Assembly (NCBI RefSeq): GCF_002113885.1
Contig: NW_018403859.1
Coordinates: 29,037 to 93,036 of the forward strand
Source: Mizuhopecten yessoensis
Lineage: Eukaryota
Reading direction: 5' to 3'
Length of the DNA stretch: 64,000 nucleotides
Shown here: one piece after another, positions 41,801 to 56,800 of the stretch
Layout of the letters: each line of letters begins with the position of its first letter
How positions within the stretch are numbered: position 1 is the first letter of the stretch
The notes under the pieces: model-generated
The model's input: the letters and a program-made list of their open reading frames with translations, nothing else
Database searches by the model: none
What the model was told of the DNA's origin: nothing
Position numbers and translations under genes: made by a program

Positions 41801-44800
41801 TTAATTTAACTATAACTTACAAACAAGTTTTTCCATCTTATAATCACTCTTCATTGTCAAAAAAGAAAAGCGCAGAAGGTATTCATGTGTGAGGAAACAG
41901 GAGTAGCCGGAGAAAACCAACATGGTCGAGAAGATGGCCGATCGGGGAATCGAACCACGGTCGTCTCAGTGAAAGGAGAGTGCGTTGTCAACTGCACCAC
42001 CAAAATGCGCCAGACCGTTAACGATAACAATTGTACATGACATTTTAACATTTTTGTTTGGCGTTTTGTACCACATGTAGTTATCAAACAATAAACGTAT
42101 ACATGCTCAATAAACGGATATGCATAAAGGATTTATAAACAGAGTTACGGCTGACATTATTTACATGAGGGTATATACTTTATGAATCGCGTATTAACAT
42201 AATAAGATTCCATTGCTTACCATGAATTCATTTGGTCTATTATTTATGTTACAGGTGGGGCAGAAAAAGTGTAAGAAGGGTTTACTATTCACAAGGTTCA
42301 CGCTGTTGTACTGGGTACACCGGGCCATCTTGTAGAACTCGTAAGCATAAATGTTCATTTTATTTCTTATATTTTTCTTCGTTTTTATTTTAATGATTAC
42401 ATTTTGACGCAAAATAGTAGATATATTTTTATGGCGAAAATATATCGACATCCTTATATAATATCCGTATCTCTGTCCTCTGGTATGAATCAATTTTACT
42501 ACGTATTTCTAATACTGCGCTTTCAGTGGGATATATTTCTTCTGCGCTCTCTTCTTAGGAGATAGTAGATAAATAATGATACATAGTTATCTCCTGCAAC
42601 CGTTTTTAAATGCTTATTATTTTTATGTCCGTTCCTATTATACCCCATACACAGTGACTGTCTTTTTAGCCCGCTGCCAAGACAATATGCTCAGTTCCAT
42701 TGTGATAGCTGTAGCCCGGATGTGCTTTCCAACTATGGCGGCATTTTGTTTGGCTAAACACTGCTTTGTGACGGCATCTTCAATTGTGACGACTTGACTC
42801 TTGGCAATTGATTTATAATGTTGAAAAACCATAATCATCATGCCTCTAAATGACCAAAGTTATCGATGGGCCGTTAAACAATAAAAGCTAAGAAACAAAC
42901 CTTTCGAAAACAGAAGACAGAGATATCGAAGGGAATTTTGATTTTCTAAATAATATTTTAACTTTACTAGAGGGGATAACACGCATTTAAATTTTGACGG
43001 CGAATTAATATAGTAAACTCTCTTCAGATAAAGTTCGTTTTGCACTATCAGCAACAGATCGGCCACCACTTTATTAGCGGAACTCCAAGCAAATAAGATC
43101 AGTAAAGCTGGCACCCCGATCGGACCCGTGCCCTAATGAAGATGAATAACGAAACATTTACATACGAAGAATTATGTTTGGTGTTACAATCTTATTATAT
43201 ATGTGTCGTTAAAATCAGATGATGTATGATTTTTATTATTTTTGTATACAATTTATGTGTCTTCATTGTCGATAGTATCTATCAATGTTAATAGCCTACG
43301 GGATAATGGCTCGTGCGATATCCTGCAATTTCTTTTTTATTTTCAGCAAAGGCAAATCCAAATGAAGAATTTATTATATATGATGAAGTAATGAAATCTT
43401 TAATGAAAAGATATCTGCAAATATTGTTCCATGTATTTTTAGCGATCATGATTTAGTTATTTTATAGAGCTTAAATTAGAAATAAAAAAAACAAATTGGA
43501 ACCTGGAATTTGGAAGGGATCTAAAGCATGTTGGAAACATTCTGGGAATTATCGAAATCAGAAACCAAAACTTGGAAGCCTTGGAGATTGGTGGGAGATC
43601 GCAAAAATTAAGATAAAAGAACTCACTATTTTGTTTCGAAAACTCTTAATAGGAAAGAGAACGACATCAAATTAAAAGAGAGAAAAAATTGAGGAATCGA
43701 GCAAATCTGATAATCAAGATAATGACAGTAAACTGGACAAACTAACTAAGGAAATAAAAACATATTACCGACAAAAATCAAATGGTTAAAGAATTCATTC
43801 TAGAATTCAAGAATTCGAAGAACATGAAATTTCTTCTCGTTCATTTTTCAATCTAAAAAAGAAGAGAGTTGGTGAAAAGTTATGGTATGGAATTAAAGCT
43901 GATGAAGGTTACTACAAAGAAGGAATTGATGGGATTTCATCAGAGTAAAATAAATTATAAAAAATTATTTACATCCGAAGGTTGGGACAGAGATGCCGCA
44001 AATACTTTGCTCGGAAATGTTGGAAACAAATTTGATCGAATAGCAAAACCACAATATCGAAAGGAACTTATCTGCAGAAGAAATTAGAAAATGTACCTGT
44101 CAAATGAAGAAAAACAAATCGCCAGGCGAGGACGGGATAGTTTTCCAGCTTTATCAACATTTTTGGAATATCATTAAGGTCGATTTTTAGCGGTTTTATC
44201 AGAGGTTTTTGAATCAGCTAATTTATTAAAATCTCAAAGTAAGGGCATTTTAACTTCGCTTTATAAAAGAGGAGAAAGAGAAGAAATCCGTAAGTGCAGA
44301 CCTTTAACATTATTAAATGTCGACTATAAAAGTATAGTTAACATATTGGCAAACAGAATTAAATCGTATTTAGGGTATATAATTCATCCAGATCAAAAGG
44401 GGTTTTATTACTGGTCGTAATATAACAAACAGGCTTATCCAAGATATATTTGAACTTACCGAAAAAGAACATACAAAAGGTCAGACATATTTTTGGATCA
44501 GCAGAAGGCATTTGATAGTGTGGAATGCGGGTGGTTAGCTAGATGTCTAGAATGTTTCAATTATGGCGCGACATTTGGTGTTCGGTATCAATACTTCTAA
44601 AAGACGCGAAAACTTTTAAATAAACAAATGGTTATATTTCTTATTTGTTCTCTATTTCGCGTTCAACTAGGCAAGGGTGCCCTATCCCACCTATTTATAC
44701 ATTATACAAGCTAAACCGCTAGCAGAAGATCATGTAGAGCAATGTGCATATCCTCAAATAGATGTTAATTGTGACTTAATTGACGAGAACCTTAGGACGA

Positions 44801-47800
44801 GTCCTTTCAAAAATAATTATCCTAAAATCTTTGATGATGAAGGTCAATGATAACATCTGAATTGTCAAACTAAGTGGGAATTTGAATTTCAGAAACAATT
44901 TAATTGGACTCAGATCTGGGATAACATTGGTTTGGCAATAACAACCAAGAAAATGAAAGAATTTCAGTGGAATGGTATCCATAATGTTGTATACACGTAA
45001 TCTAAAATAAGTAAGTTTAGGAATTCGAACGGAAAGTGTCATTTCTGTAAAGTGGATGGTCTATTCTACGGATGTGCTCCCTTGTAAAACGTCATAAACG
45101 CTAGTTGTAATTCAGTGGTTTATGTTACTCCAGATTACAGACATCAGATATCCAAGGAGGTTATGCTGCTTGGTTTCCAGGAAAATAAGAAGGAATCGGT
45201 TATACTTAATACAATAATCATTACTATAAAGGGGGTAGTCTGGAAGAGCTGGAATGACTTGAAATACAAAAACATTGATTATACAATAGTAGATACTAGT
45301 AATAAGTTTCGCACTTCTTATGTCAATTGGATTGGTCATATTGTCATAACTATCCAAATATAAACAGTGTAGGGGAGGTAACTCCCATTTTACATGTGAA
45401 ATATTGTTTTTTGGTGAAATCTCTTTGATGTTATGGTTGATTCTATTGTATAAGAAAAGCCAAATAACCAGAAACAGACCGAACGTCCATGGTACATGTA
45501 CCAGGGTTACGAAAAAAATAAACGAAACTAGGTTTACAATTTTTATCAATGAAAAGAAAAGTTATTTCTCCTACTATACAAGAAAAGCACAAAAATACGG
45601 ATAAAAATGAACAACCTTTGAAAAATGACTGATATTATATTTTTGATTTGTTCCAATGCCAACTGATCAGGTCTGATACAATGCATCGCAGGCACCTCCT
45701 CCACGGTATCCATACAATCATCACAGAGTATGATATGTATCCTTATAATTTAATACTTTATTCCACGATAATTGCTATGAATGCAAGAAACTAACCCGTT
45801 GGCCGACTTCTGAAAAAAAATGTCATGTTGACAGTTTTTGTCTGTTTCAGCTATTTGCAATCCTCCTTGTATTGGTGGTACCTGTGTGTCACCTAATAGG
45901 TGTCAATGCGACAACGCTCATACAGGAAGTACCTGTCAAACAGGTAATTGTCATTACTAGAATGGTTTGTCTTAACTATGGCATTAGTTGTTTCTTGAGT
46001 GTGTTTTTTACTTATTTCTTTTTGTAATTGTTACCATTTTTAAATGTTTAAATCTTGTGCATTTAATCTTTACGAATGCCAACATAACTCGGTGAGTGAT
46101 ATATTCTGGACACATTATCACCATTGTTCATGAAATTAAACTGTCTATATCGGACAAAGCACTTACAAATCCCTTACCATAATAGAAACCGTACGTATTA
46201 AACAACCGCCTATAGATACAAACAACGAACAATGCTTTCTTATTGTTATACAACACACACGTATCCATGACAATATTTCAGGTACAAAGAGCTTTTCGAT
46301 CGTTTGGTTTATTTGCAGTTGTATGTTCTCACCTGAAACCTTGCTTCCCCGGGGTTTGCACGTATCCTCACAACTGTAGATGTCAGTCTGGTTTCACGGG
46401 CACCACTTGTCTAACATGTAAGTATTATAATTAGGACTTATTAGGACTCAGCTCGATAATAAGTATGCAATTGGGTGTATATAATTATACACTTAAATAA
46501 AACGTCAACTAGCCATCCGACATATATATTTCTAGGTCATGCTAGTTATGCATTTCTTACATAACTAATAAAGGTTTCCTCACCGCCTACTTATTGGATA
46601 ATCCTGCCAAGAGCTGATACACTTTCTTGGTGGGTAACACCCTAGAGGTTAATCTTTGAGTTGTGACGTCACGTAAACATGCTTTGCGTCGTTATAATTA
46701 ATTATGACGTTAACATTTATTGCAATAGTTTACCCGATCTCAACAGAAATAATACAGTTCCCAGGGAAACTTACGGTTATCTGGATATGATAAGAACGTC
46801 ACGGGGGAAACGGGTCCCGATGGCTTGCTATCATGTCTATCAAAATCTTGTTAGTTGATTTTAAAGTTGTAAAAGACACTCGGTAAGCTTCGAGTCTTTA
46901 TACAAGTAGACAAATAAACAACTCGAATTAGATAAACATGACTACCAACACTCATTCGTTAGGGAACCTCTGTTTTTGTTATTTTATCCTGGATATCGTT
47001 AATGCATTATCATAAAAATATATATGAAGTTTTATTTTCAAATCTTTCTCGGTGAAATGAAGCGTCGTTCATGTTAAGACATACATATCTGATTATTTGT
47101 GTCATTTTATTGGAGTGCAAGCTTCTCAAACACCACATCTCCTTCGCACCAGCACATACCTCGTCAATCAGGAAAGGACGAGTGGTAAAGTGTTCGCCAG
47201 ATTCCTGTCCGATTCCACAGCACCAAACACTAGTTATACAGATACAATTTGGTTGATGAAGCATGATTTCAATATCATCAACATCTACTTCGAATCAATG
47301 TACAATCATCCCTTGCTGGAAGAGAACGGCAATTACATTGAAAATTCCAGCTTTGGGATAGTTGACGGGCGAGCTCGTTTGACACTTACAAAAATTCAGC
47401 ACCAAGGTATGTATATTGGAATCATTGTCACAGGTATTACCTTCGGCATGGACGTCTTGTCATAAAGAGTCATACCCAGCGACGAATACTTCCCCAACAT
47501 TAATACGATACCAGGCATCAGCTTCAACATATAGGGAAGCAGTGAACAATCATCTTACCATTCAGTAACCAATTTCAGACAATGTTTATTTTTCATTGAA
47601 GACTTATAATAAGGCTACTTTTTTAACAACCTCCACGACACCTTGTGTAATTCCTATAAACAAACACAAAACAAAGAAACATTCATAATCAGTACGAGAA
47701 GTAAAAGAAAATTAACAAAAAACAACGGCTTTCATGTCAATTCAACACTCAATACGGCACTTGAGTTATTATTTAACAATCAAACAATCAATAAGACACG

Positions 47801-50800
47801 TATGGTCATATTCAACAACCAATACGTCACAAATGATCAGATTCAATAACCAATACGACACGTGTGGTAATATTCAGCAATCAAAACGACATGTGTGGTC
47901 ATGTTCAACAGCTGGCACGATATATGGAATTATCTATAATACAAAAGCCTTAACTCCTCAGTTATATGTCCGTATATGGTACAGTATATTCATTATCTAG
48001 TACCAAAGTCATTCAACAACCACAATGGTATTTGGATTGAGATAAGATCATATTTCAATGAGCATTTTGATTGCTAGTTTTATGTATCTTGATGTCATTT
48101 GAAATTATGTTTCTGATATTTTTCGTTTTCATTATGAAGGATCCTCTACGTCATATAGCCACCAAAAGAACTACACCTGTCCACACAACCCCAATACAGC
48201 TAAACCTCAAGAAGGTGTCTTTAAATGCAACATAACTGATACTGATTTTGACTGGTTGTTAGAAAATGGAGATATGTAAGTATGTTTGTGTTGTTAAATT
48301 AATTTCTTGTTGTCCAAAGAAGATCACTCAATGGTATAGTGTTGTTGACAAATAATCACTGCACCCTGTCTAAGTGTTTTAGTCTTTTAAAGAGCTTCCG
48401 TTACTCTTGTCTTATGGAGATATCTTGGTAGTATTTAATGATTGTTATTTAAGGATGGTTAAATGGAGTACATGTACTCTTTTCTGCTGTTTTTAAAATC
48501 GCCATAGATATGCTTAAGGGTGACTTTTAATAATATCTCTCTAAAATATAATATAATAATTAATATCTCATTACCTGCTGAACCATACTAGAGATGTTTT
48601 AATTAACAAATATAGTAGAGAACAATTAATTTGTAACATAAAGCATTATATGACGGCGATAAATTGCTAAAAGGGAAAACGACTGAAAATTACTGAATCA
48701 TTTTTTTGGAACTTATCCTGATAGATTCAACAGTGACATTTTCATATAGCGTTTCCGGGGATGCTTATATATCCCCCCCCCNNNNNNNNNNNNNNNNNNN
48801 NNNNNNNNNNNNNNNNNNNNNNNNNNNNNNNNNNNNNNNNNNNNNNNNNNNNNNNNNNNNNNNNNNNNCCCCCGTTTAAAAAAAAAATCAACAAAATGTC
48901 GCAGTTAGAATAATTCCTTTGCATACTTATGCGAAATTGTTATGCGTTATATTCAAATGTAACGAGAATAAAAACTGCATGTCTGCACTAGCAGATATAA
49001 TCGATATGTCTCCTTGCTGTAGCGTCTAATTGATTTCAGTTGTATCTTTAAACTAAAGAATTCCACTCATGTTTATTATACATACAATATCCTTCTTTAA
49101 GTTCGTTTCGTATATAACTGAAGTGTCATTGAGCCAGGGATGTACCGCTGATCAGGTACAGGTATAGGTACCGCTATTGGTTACAGAGTCGTTATTATGA
49201 TCGGAGGTCCAGGGTTCGAATCCATATCTGATTAGGTACAGGTACCGCTATTACTTCCGGTGGCCTTATTGTGATCGGAGGTCTTGGGTACGAATCCATG
49301 TCTGATCAGGTACAGGTACCGCTATTAGTTACAACGGTCTTATTGTGATCGGTGGTCCAGGGTATTCGAATCATGTCTGATCAGGTACAGGTACCGCTAT
49401 TAGTCACGGCGGTCTTATTATGACCGTAGGTCTAGAGTTCGAATCCATGTCTGATCAGGTACAGGTACCGCTATTATTTATGGCGGTCTTATTGTGATCG
49501 GAGGTCCAGAGTTCGAATCAATATCTGATCAGGTACAGGTACCGCTATTATTTACGGCGGTCTTACTATAATCGAAGGTCCTGAGTTCGAATCATTGTCT
49601 GATCAGGTACAGGTACCGCTATTAGTCACGGCGTCGTTATTGTGATCGAAGGTCCAGGGTTCGAATCCATGTCTGATCAGGTACAGGTACTGCTATTAGT
49701 CACGGCGTCGTTATTGTGATCGGAGGTCCAGGGTTCGAATCCATGTCTGATCAGGTACAGGTAACACTATTAGTCATGGCGTCGTTATTGTGATTGGAGG
49801 TCAAGGGTTCGAATCCATGTCTGATCAGGTACAGGTACCGCGATTATTTACGGTGGCCTTATTGTGATCGGATGTCCAGGGTTCGAATCCATGTCTGATC
49901 AGGTACAGGTAACACTATTAGTCATGGCGTCGTTATTGTGATTGGAGGTCAAGGGTTCGAATCCATGTCTGATCAGGTACAGGTACCGCTATTATTTACG
50001 GAGGCCTTATTATAATCGGAGGTCCTGAGTTCGAATCCATGTCTGATCAGGTACAGGTACCGCTATTAGTCACGGCGTCGTCGTTGTGATCGGATGTCCA
50101 GGGTTCGAATCCATGTCTGATCAGGTACAGGTAACACTATTAGTCATGGCGTCGTTATTGTGATTGGAGGTCCAGGGTTCGAATCCATGTCTGATCAGGT
50201 ACAAGTACCGCTATTATTTACGGTGGCCTTATTGTGATGGAGGTCCAGGGTTCGAATCAATGTCTGATCAGGTACAGGTACCGCTATTATTTACGGAGGC
50301 CTTATTATAATCGGAGGTCCTGAGTTCGAGTCCATGTCTGATCAGGTACAGGTACCGCTATTAGTCATGGCGTCGTTATTGTGATTGGAGGTCCAGGGTT
50401 CGAATCCATGACTGATCAGGTACAGGAACCGCTTTTAGTTACGGTGGTCTTATTATGACCGTAGGCCAAGAGTTCGAATCCATGTCTGATCAGGTACAGG
50501 TACCGCTATTAGTCATGGCGTCGTTATTGTGATTGGAGGTCCAGGGTTCGAATCCATGTCTGATCAGGTACAAGTACCGTTATTATTTACGGTGGCCTTA
50601 TTGTGATGGAGGTCCAGGGTTCGAATCAATGTCTGATCAGGTACAGGTACCGCTATTATTTACGGTGGCCTTATTGTGATCGGAGGTCCTGAATTTGAAT
50701 CCATGCCTGATCAAGTACAGGTACCGCTATTAGTCACGGCGTCGTTGTTGTAATCAGAGGTCCAGGGTTCGAATCCATGACTGATCAGGTACAGGAACCG

Positions 50801-53800
50801 CTTTTAGTTACGGTGGTCTTATTATGACCGTAGGCCAAGAGTTCGAATCCATGTCTGATCAGGTACAGGTACCGCTATTAGTTACGGCGTTCATATTGTG
50901 ATCGAAGGTCCAGAGTTCGAATCCATGTCTGATCAGGTACAGGTACCGCTATTAGTCACGGCGTCGACATTGTGATCGGTGGTCAAGGGTTCGAATCCAT
51001 GTCTGATCAGGTACAGGAACCGCTTTTAGTTACGGTGGTCTTATTGATCGCAGGCCCAGAGTTCGAATCCATGTCTGATCAGGTACAGGTAACGCTATTA
51101 GTTACAGCGTTCTTATTGTGATCGAAGGTCCAGAGTTTGAATCCATGTCTGATCAGGTACAGGTACCGCTTTTAGTTACGGCGTCGTTACTGTGATCGGA
51201 GGTAATTGGTTCGAATCCATGTCTGATCAGGTACAGGTACCGCTATTATTTATGGCGGTCTTGTTGTGATCGGAACGGCGGTCTTATTGTGATCGGTGGT
51301 CCAGGATTCGAATCCATGTCTGGCTCCGTTTTTACTCTCAAAACACTATTGCTGATTGTTTTCCCGGTGCTACATCTTTGTAACAGTTTTTAAAGATGAC
51401 TTATGTATCTTTAAGAAATGAAATTTAATCATCTATTGTCATGCTCGAAAAAAATACTATTTTCAATAGTTTAGGTGCTAGAATGAACTTTCTTTGATAC
51501 ATTTAATAGCGTGCAACTTTTAAAGGTTTAATAAACCCTATATTAATTTCAAAGCTCTTTTATTGTAATAATATATTATAATATTCGGAAACACATCTTA
51601 ACATGAGACTGTAACTTCACTGAAGCCCATATTTTGTATGATAACCTATACACATGTATTTGATATCTACATAAAATGATAACGCAGTTTAGCAACCTAC
51701 CACATACTAGTTTACTTATATCAATTGATATTAAGGCGAGTTCTGTTATTCTCCAACAGCTCTTGTCTGGTATAATTGTTATAAATGAGACGAATGTGTT
51801 ACAGTATGGTGGCTACGGTATCAACACAGAGTGGGGGATTCCGAGCTCTCCGGTTTCTAGATACACACTACCGAAACGACTTATATAAAACTCAGACGGC
51901 AACAAAACACATGCAGTTCATGTTCGACTACCACCCACCTTACCACTGTTTGGAAACGAAAACATGTTCAAGACAACAACAGCCGCTTTTAATTAGTAAT
52001 GATATATCAAAGGTAAGCGACCTGTCGTTAACAGTAAAATATGTAAAGTCACAGTGCTGCTGGCCGTACTTATTGCATCAACAATCGCTATATAAACACT
52101 ACCACAAGAATATGCATGCATAAGGCTTTCAATGCAATTGCATTAACCTTCAGGATTCTCCATGACGATACCATAACAGTATTTATAAGTATTAGGGAAT
52201 ACTTATACTTACATCGCTAACAACTATATATTTAGAATGTTAATATCTGAATTCATGTTTCTGGAAGGATGTTTTTATTATAATCATCCCGTTATGAATG
52301 ACATCCACATATAGCCATCCTCGATATCCAGGAGTTACGCTCACCTACGCTCTCTATAGCGTAACCCCTGGATATCGAGGATGACATATAGCAAGAAGTC
52401 CTTGCAAGCTTCATGCAATGTAGATGTAACTGACATACATGTTTTAAAAATGTCTATTCAATTATTGTGTATTTATTTGCATTATCATTCTGTCATCACA
52501 CATAAGACCATGGGTTTCGGAGATAAAGCATATTTAAAGTCGAACCTTGTATCTACTAACACGAATAACTGAATCCCCATATTCAGTTTTAGCTAGTGTT
52601 TTGTTCTTGGTAATCATTGAATTACATCCACGATATTCTGCAGCTTTCTACATACATTATTTGACAAATGTTAACATGACCATTTTACGTCGATTTTGTT
52701 ATACACTACTTAAAATAAAACTTTCGACAATTGAATTTATAGGGACCTGTAACCATATCATGGGACGGATGGAATGACACTTTATCGGGTGTCCACATCT
52801 ACACTGTACAGGTGTATCCTTTAAAACCAGACAGAACAGGCGACCTGACCGAGGTCAATCCCAGCAGCCCTATCTACTACTTGACTAATTTGACTATAAC
52901 CTCGAACCTAACATACCTACCACCTTCTTCTGGAATGTATTCCGTTCTGTTGGAGGTAGGAGATAAAGCTAACAACACCAAGTACAGCCGGAGGACGCTG
53001 CTGTTTGACAACGAATCTAACGTCACCATGACAGCCAATCCTATAACGGTAGAGGGCGCTGTAGGAAACACAAACAGTAGCTGGATAGATAATTTAGACG
53101 AACTGGTAGTCGTAAACTGGCATGGTCATTTTGAAAACAAAATACATGAAGATTTCCATCTTCTGAATGCTGTTGCAACATTCAAACCGCAGACGATAAT
53201 GCACTTCCGTCATAAGAACGTGTCCTCAGTCTTGGATGATCATGAAGGAAAACGTACACTTAAGAAAATAGCTAACAAAAATGGAATAACAAAAGTACAA
53301 ATAACTCATAATCTCAAAGGTCATGGGGGGCTTCGACCTTGGACAAATGCGGCTGGCTTTCTGACCGAGAAGGCGACCCTAAACATTTCACGTTTGGACG
53401 GTGACACTATACAGATATCAGTAAAGGCCTTTGATGTGATGGGGAACAGTGCCACGCAGTCCATATTCATGAATGTTGACTCAACATCACCACATGTGGA
53501 GAAACCTACATTAAACTCGAATGTTAAAAATGGGACATTTCCGTTCTCAAGTGGGTAAGTTGTATGTTGTATTTCTTTTGATGATTTTTCAACGAGCATT
53601 TTATCACGAATATATGCCACCTTTTATTTATTTTTGTCTCAAATGATGACTAATATTTTGCAGAGTTCAATTTCTGGCATACGATGGACAAAGTGGGATA
53701 ACGATGTTTAAATGGAAGATCAAACCAAACGATTCGGACGAAATATTTCACGAGGGTCAATCAGAGGGAAACATAACAGGGGTAACAAATTATAACTGTA

Positions 53801-56800
53801 TCATGACGAATAAAATAAAATAAAATTTATGCAAATAAACCCAAGACAAAACTATTTTATCTACAATGATAGCATGTGATGTTTATAAAAGCAAGCGTCA
53901 AAAATGAAATATTTTTTTCATCTTACTCTTAAATGTTTAACCCAGCAATGTTTGAGAATTTCATACAACAAGGATGCAGATGTGTTTGGTGTAAACCAGA
54001 TTAAGAATAATGTTACCCTAAGTTAGATGACAAAATGGTTTGAGGAAAATCAATGACCTACATGTTGTAGCTGCATACTAGTATATTCATATAGGTAACT
54101 GAATTTATTGGCATAACTTATTTCTGTAGGTCACATTAAGAGTACTGTTGTTCAAAGATGGATGAACTTAACGAGTCGTAAAAACAAACAAAGAATTCTT
54201 GTAAACGAAAACATTGACAATCACAACTCTATTACACTGTTATTTAATGGACATTGGAAATTCACATAAATTCGCTAGAACAGGAAAAAGTTACCACAAC
54301 GTACTCTTTTGATTAAAACTCAATAGCTGAAAAATGTGCTAAATTAATGATCCTAATAATAAAGATAATACATTTTTGTTGCAATCATTGCTGATGATGG
54401 TTTCATATAAAACAGTTTCTCCTGTGAAGAAAGGCACCCTACCCCACCACACACACACTATCGGTAATTATTGAGTAAAATGTACAAATAAAGGACGAAA
54501 CGTAATTTAAACAGAGACTGATGACGTTTTTATGTACATAAATTAGACCGTGTCTCTTAAATCACTCTAACAATGTATATTTCGAATTGTAATCTATAAT
54601 GTCTACAGTTTTCTGTTGATAATAATTTACCGTGAAGTTTTTCTGTTATTTCATAACCTGGTACAATTAAAGACCGTTGACAAGACGCATATCACACGGC
54701 TAAAATTGTTGAAACTAAAATATCATGAGAACATTATGAAAAATATAGTTGAGCAGATCTATATAAATAGATGAAAAAGACACACATGTGATAACGCCAA
54801 TGAATTTGGTAATATATATAGTATGCCTAACAAAATTACAGTACACTATACAACTGGTATGCCCTTCTATGACTCGGTAACGTCTAAAAAGTTAGAAATT
54901 CAAATAAATCTGGTCTCCTGTTTAAACAAAACAGGTGATGTCTAGAACCAATCAATTATATGAATAGTTTAACCATCAGTGACCTGTACCAAGTTCTTTT
55001 TTACTTTCGTCATCATTCCGGGGCTGATGCATGCGATACTATAAGTTATTTTAACTTTTAGTGCATGTTTTCATACTTACAGCAATCATCAGGCCAAACT
55101 AAAAATAAAATACAGATAAATGAATATGAACATCGCAATAAGGGAAAACAAAATCACTCTGTCATTTTATGTAGTTTGTTGGGTTTGACTAGCTTTCAGA
55201 AAAGTAGTTCTCCAAAGTATCAATGTCTGAATGCAGGACTTCGTAGCCTTACCTTTGATCACTAAGTATTTATTTCAATTCAACATGTACCTTTGTATTG
55301 GCAGAATCGGCCTTCCAAGCAAGAGGGGGAATGTAGTTCTGCAGGAGGCTGTTTCTATTACCTTCACCAGTTTGAGATAAACAACTGCTGGCTGATGGTA
55401 CCCAAAGATAAACTGGAGACCCAGGTCATTGATATTCACATTGACGTTTTCAACCTGGCAATGCTCAATTCATCCGTCTCTCTGCAGGTAACAAAACATA
55501 CTGACCATGCTCAATTCATCCGTCTCTCTGCAGGTAACAAAACATACTGACAATGCTCTATTCAATCGTCTCTCTGCAGGTAACAAAACATACTGGCCAC
55601 ATGATCAATTCAATCGTCCGTTTACAAATATGTCACCCCTGCATGTTCAGGACAAGTACGGGCCTGTTGTATCTCATTTCATGTTATCGGAAGAGGCGAC
55701 TAATTTGGCCCCTCTCCTTGCAGAATCGAGGGTTTCTTCAGTGTATTATGATACTTAAGAAAAATTTGAATTGACCCACTTCCTTTATTAAAACACTTTT
55801 CTTTTTCTCACTTCCCGACTCTTTTTTCAGTTCTATGACCCAAGGCAACCTAGGTCGAAAGAATCCAAAGAAAACAAATAGAGATTGTTTTTGCATACTG
55901 ACCATACAAGTCTTATTCTCATACCCGCGTCGTCTGATAAATTAAATGTGCGTCAGTAAAACTGTCGCACGGACTTCAGTCGCTAAAAACACTGATTTCC
56001 AAACAAACTAATTGATTTAGCCCAATAGATCAAAATAGACTGTTCGTGCTTTTTGTAGAACCGAAAACCGAAATACACTGGATGGAATAAAATCGATTAA
56101 GGTTTTGTTAAAATGCCATTTGTTACTGTGTGTAAACAGACGCGATAGCATCAATTATGATATCAAAGAAAAGCACTCGTTTGTTTTATCGGTAAATTAC
56201 ACTACATGTTAACAGAGAATTATTTATTTCAGATAAACCATTTGCCTTTATTTGATGGTATAGAGGAATGTGAGTATTGTTGTCTGGTTAGTGGTTGGTT
56301 CATTCTTTTTATATGTTGTATTACAGTTTATATTTATTGTAATCTATAAATCAAACATTAATACACTAAGGACCAAAGATAACTATTAACTGTTGTTCTG
56401 TTTAATATGCCAATCATATCATAAAATCAACTGAAATGAAGCACGAGTTCGTTAATGGTATCACCATTTAAATATGATCATACAGTAAAATAATGTAGTA
56501 CATTTGAAAATTATGCAAATATTTTCGTTGGTTATTCAGAAAGATTTGCTCGTTTATCACCAAAGTTTTGTCTTCCTAAAAAAAACTATCACAAACGAAG
56601 TCTTCTTGTGGTATATTCAATTAAAATATAAGCTTAGGACAATATGAACTTAAAAATAATAACAGAAGTCATAAGTTTTGAAATTTAAAGCTAATTGTGT
56701 AACGAATGCCATGCCGTGTTATACGTTAACGTTTTATCTCTCTGTACAATTTCCTCTTTAAGATTTTACCTCTGTCGATATTTTGACTCATAAAAGTCAC

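Noticed and set aside
43130-43165. ctaatga...gaaa hammerhead-like spacing
   Set aside because: The core is mutated and stems I and II do not pair.
49148-51322. CRISPR-like array or true tRNA gene cluster
   Set aside because: The variable parts are homologous variants, not unique spacers. The context is eukaryotic with no cas genes, and the units lack a pairing acceptor stem.
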